From the NCBI GenBank assembly GCA_017958545.1, contig JAGDCM010000088.1, forward strand, positions 1,249 to 65,248: DNA of 64,000 nt, written 5' to 3'. This DNA is from Bacteroidaceae bacterium. GTDB lineage: Bacteria > Bacteroidota > Bacteroidia > Bacteroidales > Bacteroidaceae. Each line of letters starts with the position of its first letter. Within the stretch, counting starts at the first letter, position 1. Shown here piece by piece: positions 19,434 to 27,407 of this stretch. A program made the position numbers and the translations under genes. Under the pieces are notes generated by a model. That model ran no database searches, had not been told where the DNA came from, and was given only the letters and a program-made list of their open reading frames with translations.

Positions 19434-20132
19434 CTTTTTCAAGTCGATTCGTCCCTCGTAGATGGCCTTCCCGAACACTACCGCCGGAATGCCGGCCTCT
19501 TCAAGGGCGCAGATATCCTCTTCGCAGGAGACACCTCCGGAGGCTATGAGATGGCACTCGGGGAAGTGCTGAATGATGTCTTTGTATAGCCCGATGTTCG
19601 GTCCCTGCAGCATACCGTCCTTGGAGATATCGGTGCAGAGTATGTTGCGTATGCCCCGCTGGATATAGTCCTCAAGGAAGGGCATCAGTTCCACGGGGCT
19701 GTCTTCCTTCCATCCGTTGATGCTTATCTTGCCGTCTCTCACGTCGGCTCCCAGTACGATGCGCTCTGCTCCGTACGTCTCTATCCACGAGTAGACCGTA
19801 GTAGGGGAGGTGACAGCGATGCTGCCGGCTGTGGCCATTGCTGCTCCTGCGTCGAACACTTTGTCCAGGTCGTCCTGTGTCTTGATACCTCCTCCGAAGT
19901 CCACCGTGAGACTGGTGGCGCTGCATATCTCGCGCAGCACCTTCTCGTTCACCACGTGGCGGCTCTTTGCTCCGTCCAGGTCCACCAGATGCAGGCGTTT
20001 CACTCCCACCTGTTCCATCTTGCGGGCCATCTCCACGGGGTCGCCGTACACCTTCTTGGTGTCGTAGTCGCCTTGCGAGAGACGCACGCATTTTCCTTCG
20101 ATGAGGTCTATTGCGGGGATGAGTTCTATCAT
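19416..20132 (-). CDS. hisA: 1-(5-phosphoribosyl)-5-[(5-phosphoribosylamino)methylideneamino]imidazole-4-carboxamide isomerase
   Basis: 238 aa. IPAIDLI.GKCVRL, HLVDLDGA, GGGI motifs. ATGA overlap with the hisH stop. Confidence 0.95.
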   Translation of the reverse strand: MIELIPAIDLIEGKCVRLSQGDYDTKKVYGDPVEMARKMEQVGVKRLHLVDLDGAKSRHVVNEKVLREICSATSLTVDFGGGIKTQDDLDKVFDAGAAMATAGSIAVTSPTTVYSWIETYGAERIVLGADVRDGKISINGWKEDSPVELMPFLEDYIQRGIRNILCTDISKDGMLQGPNIGLYKDIIQHFPECHLIASGGVSCEEDICALEEAGIPAVVFGKAIYEGRIDLKKLIVKC

Positions 20133-20743
20133 AGTTCGAGGAAGTTCTTTATTATCTGTTCACCCACTCGTCCGCTCTTTTCGGGGTGGAACTGTGTCGC
20201 CCAGAAATTGTCCTTGTGCAGGGCGCTGGAGAATGGCTGGATGAAGTCCGTTGCGGCTATTGTCTTAGGGCAGAGAGGCACATAGTAGCTGTGCACGAAG
20301 TATACGTAGTCTCCGTCCTTCAGTCCCTTGAAGAGCCCTTCGTCGCCGCGCTGACTTTCCTCCGTGCTGTTGAACTGCAGACTGTTCCAGCCCATGTGCG
20401 GCACCTTGTCCTCGTGGCGCTGCGGGTGGAAGAGTTTCACGTCCACATCGAAGAGTCCCAGACAGTCCACATCGCCTTCCTCCGAGTGGCGGCACATCAG
20501 CTGCTGACCGATGCATATGCCCAGCATGGGTGCTTTCAGGTCGCATATCACGCGGTCCAGTCCGCGGGCCCTGAGATACTGCATCGCATGTGATGCTTCT
20601 CCCTGTCCGGGGAAGAGCACGCGGTCGGCTCCCAGAAGTGTCTCCGCATCATCGGTGAGCACGGGATTCACTCCGAGCCGTTTCAGCGCTCCGAGCACAG
20701 AAAAGATGTTTCCGGCGTTGTATTTTACTACTGCTACGTTCAT
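20129..20743 (-). CDS. hisH: Imidazole glycerol phosphate synthase glutaminase subunit
   Basis: Class I GATase motifs LGICIGQQL and QFHPEKS. ATG at 20743 (MNVAVVKY) sits 9 nt after a TACCTTTG box. The track start at 20755 is a non-ATG codon inside the promoter. Confidence 0.95.
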   Translation of the reverse strand: MNVAVVKYNAGNIFSVLGALKRLGVNPVLTDDAETLLGADRVLFPGQGEASHAMQYLRARGLDRVICDLKAPMLGICIGQQLMCRHSEEGDVDCLGLFDVDVKLFHPQRHEDKVPHMGWNSLQFNSTEESQRGDEGLFKGLKDGDYVYFVHSYYVPLCPKTIAATDFIQPFSSALHKDNFWATQFHPEKSGRVGEQIIKNFLEL

Positions 20744-20752
20744 ATACGGGCG

Positions 20753-20770
20753 CAAAGGTACGAAAAAAAA
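20753..20770 (-). promoter_or_regulatory. T8 tract + CG + TACCTTTG -7 box for the his-lys operon
   Basis: Minus strand reads TTTTTTTT CG TACCTTTG CGCCCGTAT ATG. Confidence 0.55.
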
Positions 20771-20884
20771 TCCATATAGAGCCCATTCTCCTACATTTTG
20801 GAAAATTATCGTTGAAAAACGTGTTGTATTTCAGGAAAAATGTGTACTTTCGCAGTCGGAATAATGCTTAAAATGCGTATTTAC

Positions 20885-23854
20885 ATGAAAAAACTGATGA
20901 CGATAGTGGCGGCATTTCTCGGAGTGTGTGCTGCCTATGGACAGCAACTGGCTTTTCCTGGAGCTGAGGGCTACGGTGCCTATGCTACTGGTGGCAGAGG
21001 CTGCCAGGTGGTGCATGTCACCAATCTCAATGCTGCCGGAACGGGTTCTCTGGCGGATGCCGTGAGTCAGTCGGGCCGTTTCGTCGTGTTCGACGTGGGC
21101 GGTGTGATAGATATCACGGGCAAGAGCATCACCATTGCCAGCAATATCACCATTGCCGGACAGACGGCTCCCGGTGAGGGCATTACCATTTACGGAGGCC
21201 GCGTCATTGCCTCGAAGGCCAGCAACGTGATAATGCGCTACATCCGCATGCGAGGCGGCAGCAGCGTCAACAGCAAAAAGTGTACGTTCACTTTGGACGA
21301 GTGTCAGAACTTCATCATGGACCACTGCTCCGTGTCGTGGGGGCCTTGGGACAATGTGCACATCAAGGATGCCAACAACATCACGTGGCAGTACTGTATC
21401 AACAGCGAGGGTATCGAACCGCAGCGCTTCGGCTCTATCACCGACGGTACGCGCAACTGGACTGTGCACCACTGTCTCTGGGCCGACAACAAGAGCCGCA
21501 ACCCCAAGATGAAGTGTTACATGCAGTACTACAATAACGTGGTCTACAACTACGGCATGGGTATCATCGGCGGACACTCGGCTGCCGACAACTATCAGGA
21601 CGTGATGAACAACTACTTCATTGCCGGCCCCAACGGTTCTTATAAGTATTTCGACGACTGGACTGCCACCGACCATCTCTACAGTTCGGGCAACTACTAC
21701 GATGGCAACTGCGACGGAGTGCTCAACGGTACGCTCATCACCGACCACAACAGCGCCACTCCGATGGCCAGTCCCAACTTCGTTACCACCCATCCCATGA
21801 ACGTGGAGACAGCCCAGTCAGCCTACTACACCATCGTCGACCACGTGGGTGCTTCCCGAGTGCGCGACAGTCACGACAAGCGCATCATCGAGCAGCTTAC
21901 CTCGCTTGGTACTAAGGGTGCTTTCATCGCCAACGAAGGTGACGTGGGCGGTATAGGTACAATAGCCAACGGACCTCGTCCCACTGACATTGACAACGAC
22001 GGCATGCCTGATGACTGGGAGGTTGATAACGGGTTGAATCCCAATATGAACGATGCCAACAATTATACTATTGGTGGAGGTTACACGAATATAGAGCACT
22101 ACGTCAACAGCCTTGCTCAGAAGAGCAGTTATCTCATGCCTCCCATGAATCCTGTTGCAGAGCTCACGGATGCCACCACGGCGAAGCTCTCGTGGACCAA
22201 CGGCGAGTCGGAGACGGCCACCGGTATTGTGGTGGAGCAGTCGGAGGATAACCGCTCCTTTCATGAAATAGCCCGTTTGCCGGCCGATGCTGTGACGACG
22301 ACAGTCACGGGTCTCGTTGCCGACAAGATATACTATTTCCGCATGAAGACTCTTGGCGAGGACGGACTCGAGTCGCTCTATTCGTCAGTGGTGTCGGTCA
22401 ACGACGAGTATATGCGTCCGGGCAGCGGCACCCGTGCCGGTGTGACAGACTTCACGCCGGAGGAAGGCAAGGTCTACCGCATCGTCAACTACGCTACGGC
22501 TCCCTTCACAAGCGACACCAAGTTTCAGGGAGCACCGAAATACATGACATTTAATTCCAACGGCACATTGGGTTCCACGGAGGAATTCGTCTGGGACAAC
22601 CCCGACCTTCTGTGGATTATCTCCGAGACATCGGGAGGAGTCACCATCCGCAACTACGGCAACAAGAAGTACATCGCTTCCGTCAACACCGACATTGCCG
22701 GCACTTCGCGCATCGGATGGTCCGACACTCCCGCTACTCTCACCGTCAACTATACCAGCGACCAGCAGCCCTCGCAGTCGGGACTTTACGGCAATGTGTC
22801 GATGTATCGCATCAACAGCCCCTCTAACAGCAATCAACAGATACGTGCTCGCATCTTTGAAAACGACTGGCTGTGGGGTTCCGGCACCCTCGGACGTGCC
22901 GACATGGTGTTCACCTTCGTTGGGATAGACGCTTCGCGGGTGAGTGTGTTTCTCACCAAGTTTGACAATGCCCTGCAGACAGCTCTGCAGTTGGCTGCAG
23001 GTGCCTACACTGACGTGACGCTGGGTTATCCCACGTCTGCGCTCAACGAACTGATGTCGGTCATTGCTGACGCTCAAGTGTTTCGCGAAAATATCAGCGA
23101 ATTAACGCTGCAGGAGGAGATAAATGCCCGTACGGCGGCGCTGGAAAATGCCATGACTGCATTTTCTGCCCAGAAGATATACACCTTCAAGGGTTTCTCT
23201 ACCGATGTGGCATATAATATCTACAGCTACGGCACGCATCCCAATGCCGGAACCGCGAATGCCGATATGAATACGGAGCGCCGCTATCTCTATGCCATCA
23301 AGACGAAGGATGCCAAGCGTGATTCGCTCATTTATCGTATCGGACGCTCGGAGAACGACTTCAACAAGGGACAGGGTGATGTCCTCTGGAAGAACAAGGC
23401 GGCTCTCTGGGTTTTCGAGGATGCCGGCGACGGCTACGTCTATGCCCGCAATCTCTCCAGGGGCACCTATCTGCAGATTGAGAACGTGCTGTCCAAGGAG
23501 CCGGTCAAGATACGTCCCTACTATGCCAAGCAGGACAACGGCAAGATGGCTTTCTATATGGATGCCGACGCTTCCGGTAAGAGGCTTTTCAATGTGGGTG
23601 CTTCTTCCGACGGCACGACGGGGCCACTTGAGTTTTTCGCCGCTCATGCCGACCGTACGAGACTTCGCTGGGTCATCGAGGAGACGTCGATAGAGAACAC
23701 TCTCGACCCAACAGGCATAAATGCAGTTAAGAGTGAAGAGTTAAAAGTTAAGAGTGAGGGGCAATGGTACGACCTTAACGGACGTCGCCTGAACGGCAAG
23801 CCCACGAAGAAAGGCATCTACATCAACAGGGGCAGTAAGTTCTTCGTTGAGTGA
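20885..23854 (+). CDS. Secreted pectate lyase (PL1-like beta-helix) with Fn3 and uncharacterised domains and a T9SS-type C-terminal sorting tail
   Basis: Signal peptide MKKLMTIVAAFLGVCAAYGQ from ATG 20885. FPGAEGYGA..TGGRG..V.HVTNL...G.GSL and SNITIAGQTAPGEGI, NVIMRYIRMR motifs. C-terminus YDLNGRRL...KGIYI resembles a Por secretion tail. Confidence 0.75.
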   Translation: MKKLMTIVAAFLGVCAAYGQQLAFPGAEGYGAYATGGRGCQVVHVTNLNAAGTGSLADAVSQSGRFVVFDVGGVIDITGKSITIASNITIAGQTAPGEGITIYGGRVIASKASNVIMRYIRMRGGSSVNSKKCTFTLDECQNFIMDHCSVSWGPWDNVHIKDANNITWQYCINSEGIEPQRFGSITDGTRNWTVHHCLWADNKSRNPKMKCYMQYYNNVVYNYGMGIIGGHSAADNYQDVMNNYFIAGPNGSYKYFDDWTATDHLYSSGNYYDGNCDGVLNGTLITDHNSATPMASPNFVTTHPMNVETAQSAYYTIVDHVGASRVRDSHDKRIIEQLTSLGTKGAFIANEGDVGGIGTIANGPRPTDIDNDGMPDDWEVDNGLNPNMNDANNYTIGGGYTNIEHYVNSLAQKSSYLMPPMNPVAELTDATTAKLSWTNGESETATGIVVEQSEDNRSFHEIARLPADAVTTTVTGLVADKIYYFRMKTLGEDGLESLYSSVVSVNDEYMRPGSGTRAGVTDFTPEEGKVYRIVNYATAPFTSDTKFQGAPKYMTFNSNGTLGSTEEFVWDNPDLLWIISETSGGVTIRNYGNKKYIASVNTDIAGTSRIGWSDTPATLTVNYTSDQQPSQSGLYGNVSMYRINSPSNSNQQIRARIFENDWLWGSGTLGRADMVFTFVGIDASRVSVFLTKFDNALQTALQLAAGAYTDVTLGYPTSALNELMSVIADAQVFRENISELTLQEEINARTAALENAMTAFSAQKIYTFKGFSTDVAYNIYSYGTHPNAGTANADMNTERRYLYAIKTKDAKRDSLIYRIGRSENDFNKGQGDVLWKNKAALWVFEDAGDGYVYARNLSRGTYLQIENVLSKEPVKIRPYYAKQDNGKMAFYMDADASGKRLFNVGASSDGTTGPLEFFAAHADRTRLRWVIEETSIENTLDPTGINAVKSEELKVKSEGQWYDLNGRRLNGKPTKKGIYINRGSKFFVE
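23726..23760. repeat. Five tandem heptamers (GTTAAGA GTGAAGA GTTAAAA GTTAAGA GTGAGGG) embedded in frame in the pectate lyase CDS
   Basis: Reverse complement of the TCTTAAC units seen in the 14.7 kb and 19.4 kb spacers. It is translated as VKSEELKVKSEG just before the sorting tail. Confidence 0.65.
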
Positions 23855-25819
23855 TTACCAGATGTGTATGCGGTTGTCTTTCTTCACGTAGAGACTGCCG
23901 TCGCTGATGTCGAAGGCATCGTAGAACTCGTCCATCAAATAGACGTTGCCGTTAACGCGGATGTTGGGAGCGGCATGTATGTCTTCCTTGTATCTCTCGC
24001 AATACTCGGCATCGTTCTTCTCCATCCATCCAAAAGCAAAGCCGCGGAAGTATTCGCGGGCAGCGTAGCGCTGCCAGTCGTCTCCGCCTTTTGTCAGGGC
24101 GATGTAGCCCTCGTAGGCGATGTTCAGACCGCCGTTGTCGGCGATGTTCTCACACTCTGTCTTGACACCATCGCATGCTATGCCGCCACCATAGGTGAAA
24201 TGGTTGAAGCGGACGTCCATCATAGCGGCCATGGTCTTGAAGTCTGCTTTGTCGCTTGCGGTGAGGATGCTGCCCTCATTGCCGTTGGCATCGTACTCGG
24301 CGCCGTCGGTGTCGAATCCGTGTGTTATCTCGTGGCCGATGGTGGTGGCGCCCAGAATAGCGTAGTTGTAGGCATCGGTCTTAGAGGGGTCGTATATAGG
24401 GGGAATCAGGTTGCTGGCGTTGATGAAGACAAAGTTGTTCAGCACGTTGTAAATGGCATTGGGGATGTATGTCGGCATGGTTGTCATCTCGGAGAGCAGG
24501 ATGTCGTCCTTGTCCGTTTTGCCTGTGAAGTATTTTCCATGCTTGACTACGCGCTGCTTGTAGAGGTCGCAGATTAGGTCGTAGGTGTCAAGACCGGCAG
24601 CATCGGATACCTTCACCTCCAGATTGCTGTTCCATTGGTCGGGCCATCCGATGAAGAAATACATCTTCTTCAGTTTGTCCTTGGCCTTGACCTTGCTCTC
24701 GGCGCTCAGCCAGCTGTTGCGCTCCAGACGGTTCATGAAGATGCTGCGCAGATACTCGGCCATCACCGTAACGTTGGTTCTGTTCATGGCAGGCACCTGT
24801 GTCTGGCAGAAATGTCTGCACAGGTTCAGGGATACGGGTGAGTTGTAGGACATCACCAGATACTCCACCACGTCGCCGGCATCCATGTCGGACATTGCCA
24901 CGAAGAAGCGGTCACGGTCTATCACGCAGTATTTCATCAGCTGCTTGAGCTGTGCGAGGGAGAACTTTTCAAGCAGCTCGTTCAGTTTCTGGTATCCGTC
25001 GTAGATGGCCATACCCTTATCGTCTTCCACGTTCAGCTCCTTGAGTATCATGCCCAGCGGCGAGTTGTCGGGGGCCACCGAAGAGCGTGTCAGTCCGTCG
25101 CTGCCCATCAGCACGATGTTGCGCTCGTCGCAGCAGCGTCTGTTGTCGGCCACCTTCTGTGGCAGCTCAGCATCCTTGAAGAAGGCGCTCATGGCTATTC
25201 CTGTGGCGAAGCAGTTGGCGGCTTCTGCCGTGTTATCGATAAAGTATCCAACGGTGGGGAGATCGGTTTTCCATGCATCTGTGTTCGAGATGAGGGCGGG
25301 GTAGACCTTGCGTCCCACGGCGAATGGTGCGAAGTCCAGCGGTGCCCAGTATCCTTCCTTGATGAGCTGTGCCATCTTCTTCCAGGCCTGCTCTTTGGTG
25401 GTCACGCTGGCATCGATATTGGCGAGTTTCTGACGTACCTTGTTCTTGTCGGCTGTCTGGTTGGCTTTACTGTAGGCCTGGAAGAGGCGTGTGAATTCGG
25501 GCACTCCGCCTTCCGTATATACCTTCTTCAGGTAGGCTTTCGTCATTTTGCTCTGCTCTTGATTGGTGCCTTCGCATCCGCCCGGTTTGATGGTGGTGCG
25601 GTCCTGCCATGCTCCTGTGGCGTAGCGGTAGAAGTCGTTACCGACATACGTCTGCCAGTCGATATAGTTGGAGAATGACGACGGCTCCACATTGTTTGCC
25701 TTCGTACTGAATCAGGTTGTACCGTTGTCTCTTTCAAATTCATCTTCGTCGCTGCAAGCTGTGTTGAGCAGCACGGCGCACAGACACAGGCTCAGGGCCT
25801 TCCATAGAGTCTTTTTCAT
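23855..25819 (-). pseudogene. M13 family metallopeptidase (PepO/neprilysin-like) interrupted by an in-frame TGA between the lipoprotein signal peptide and the mature domain
   Basis: HEITHGFD zinc motif, NAIYN and ENIADNGG regions. Upstream in the same frame: ATG 25819 MKKTLWKALSLCLCAVLLNTACSDEDEFERDNGTT, then TGA (25714..25712), then FSTKANN, then the GTG at 25690 that the ORF track uses as the start. Confidence 0.8.
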
Positions 25820-25866
25820 TGTCATTGTTATGATGGTTCTTTTGTATCCTTATTAAAAAATTGCTG

Positions 25867-25886
25867 CAAAAGTATACCTTTTTTTT
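25867..25886 (-). promoter_or_regulatory. A8 + GG + TATACTTTTG promoter for the M13 peptidase gene
   Basis: Minus strand reads AAAAAAAA GG TATACTTTTG, about 50 nt upstream of ATG 25819. Confidence 0.5.
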
Positions 25887-26429
25887 CAAATAAGCCCCAA
25901 CTCGCCCCAACAATTTTTTAAATTCCTTCACTTTCCACATTCGGGGGACAGAAATGTGTGAGATTTCTCCCTCCTCGCAGACTACTCTTTTATTTTTACA
26001 TGAAAATAGCCTTCTTCCCCAGTTTTGTGGGCGCTGCAAGGACTCTGCGAGCACTCTGCAAGGATGCAGAAAAGAGACAAAACGACCTCCCGAAATTTGT
26101 AACTCACTGAATATCAACGCTCGTTTCTGTTGACGTTTTGAAAACGCCTCTATTTCCCAGGGGTAATATTTTCTGACATATCTCGTATCTTGCAAACGTT
26201 CCTCTTTATGGAAATGTTCAATGGCACTGTTTTTAGCGAAGCATTTCTTTTACTCACGAAGTATGTGATGGCTCTTTAAGTCCGACACATACTGAAGTGA
26301 GGTTTTTTCTGGTTTTTGTTAAGATAAAATGCATTCGTACAATTTGTGTGATTCGTGTTCGCTATTATATAACAGTAGATTATCGTTTTTTCGAGAAACG
26401 TATATCTGCTTTCTGTGTGAAATTTTCAA

Positions 26430-26822
26430 TTAAAAACTGTGAGGTTTTTGCCAAAAACGGCCATAAAAATGAAAAAAGTGCATTTTTTTGAAAAAAATAG
26501 AGGGAATACGTTTGCGAGGAGCTGCATAGAACGAAACTTTCACACCATTAACAATGAACGAGACCTGATCAAATCCCGCCACCTGTACATCCTCAACGGT
26601 TCCAACACTTTCGAGTTCCTTCTGTATCTTTGGCCAACCGATATATAGTGTATCATCCTTGCTTTCTTTCCATCGCATAAAATCCAAGTCCTCGCTCTGG
26701 CGTGTTTTCAGTTGTATAGACAAGGCTGTTCCTCCCACCAACACAAAGGGTTTGATACACTCCAAGCGGGAGATAGCCTCAATGATTCTGCCAGTTTGCG
26801 GGGCAAGTGCTTGTGCTTTCAT
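26430..26822 (-). pseudogene. Nucleotidyltransferase AbiEii/AbiGii-type toxin, N-terminal fragment only
   Basis: N-terminal motif FVLVGGTALSIQL..RQSEDLDF is typical of DUF1814/AbiEii. After about residue 105 the ORF runs into low-complexity AT-rich sequence (IPSIFFKKMHFFHFYG). No continuation in the other frames. Confidence 0.55.
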
Positions 26823-27157
26823 GCTGCCAGTCTTTTATTGAGTTGACGTGTAGCCATTGCCTTCACATAGCTGCGTGGACGCTTGGCATGGAAGTAGTAC
26901 CATGCAAAGAAATAGTTCAGATTATAGTAGCGTTCACCCTGAGCCACAACATTCTCTATCCAGGCACGTTTCATCTTCTTATAAGAGAAAATCTGAAACA
27001 GCATATTGATTTCGTCGATGTCAAGATACAACATCACCAACTCTATCAGCATGTCATCTGGCATGTCGTGGATAGAGTCGTTGTCATAGCTCCACAAGCA
27101 ATGTTCCTGCTTGAGTTTTTCAATGAGGTATGGTCTGATTGATACTTCCTGATCCAT
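26819..27157 (-). CDS. Putative cognate antitoxin / DUF6922-like small protein
   Basis: 112 aa from ATG 27157. ATGA overlap with the toxin fragment. The CLWSYD..SI..MPDD.LIE pattern resembles partners of Bacteroidales AbiEii genes (from memory). Confidence 0.45.
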   Translation of the reverse strand: MDQEVSIRPYLIEKLKQEHCLWSYDNDSIHDMPDDMLIELVMLYLDIDEINMLFQIFSYKKMKRAWIENVVAQGERYYNLNYFFAWYYFHAKRPRSYVKAMATRQLNKRLAA

Positions 27158-27179
27158 CAACTCAACTTATATGATGCTG

Positions 27180-27196
27180 CAAAGGTACGCTTTTTT
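27180..27196 (-). promoter_or_regulatory. A6 + GCG + TACCTTTG promoter for the TA pair
   Basis: Minus strand reads AAAAAA GCG TACCTTTG, then 22 nt to ATG 27157. Confidence 0.5.
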
Positions 27197-27251
27197 ATTA
27201 AAATCCCAGATTTTCGTCCAAGATTTCACACGGAAATCACAAAAATGTTGT

Positions 27252-27346
27252 GTCCTACCCACGTACTTCCCACGTCCTACCTACGTCCTTCCTTCGTCCT
27301 AGCCATACCCATCCATGCTCTATGAGCGTGGGTAGGACGTGGGAAG
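27252..27346. repeat. Nested direct and inverted repeat element (20-bp stem, 41-nt loop) downstream of tamB
   Basis: CTTCCCACGTCCTACCTACG (27266..27285) pairs with CGTGGGTAGGACGTGGGAAG (27327..27346) at 19/20 plus one G.U. A second left-arm copy GTCCTACCCACG sits at 27252..27263. CGTCCT recurs four times. Confidence 0.65.
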
Positions 27347-27407
27347 AGCGAAGGAAAGGTATGCCAAGTCCTTGCCATCTCCGAACGAAGTCCTTGCTCA
27401 CAGGCCT

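Noticed and set aside
20831-21793. 320-aa minus-strand ORF antisense to the pectate lyase gene. Similar long antisense ORFs occur at 151..834, 3344..4192, 5821..6558, 6838..7572, 16460..17143, 27930..28880, 29019..29966, 31480..32214, 36431..37375, 38906..39586, 41898..42722, 60177..61007, 61179..61952 and 63309..63935.
   Set aside because: Each lies fully inside a gene on the opposite strand that has clear family motifs. Their translations are low-complexity (V/G/H/R-rich or I/L/K-rich mirror images of the sense codons) with no recognisable motifs.
25690-25714. Possibility that the in-frame TGA in the M13 peptidase encodes selenocysteine.
   Set aside because: The position is a non-conserved linker between the signal peptide and the mature domain, not a catalytic Cys site. 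The only downstream pairing I can see is a 4-bp GGAG/CTCC stem, nothing like a bacterial SECIS. TGA is used as an ordinary stop by neighbouring genes.
25740-26195. 151-aa minus-strand ORF in the noncoding patch next to the M13 peptidase gene.
   Set aside because: It starts with a non-ATG codon and overlaps the peptidase promoter and signal-peptide coding region in another frame. Its sequence is Arg/Lys-rich junk with no motif. It is more likely an artefact of AT-rich orphan DNA.
26297-26452. Direct repeat GTGAGGTTTTT about 142 nt apart, considered as possible target-site duplication or terminal repeats of a miniature element.
   Set aside because: Only about 11-13 nt match in AT-rich DNA, there are no terminal inverted repeats, and the enclosed segment has no coding or structural signature. 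The evidence is too weak.
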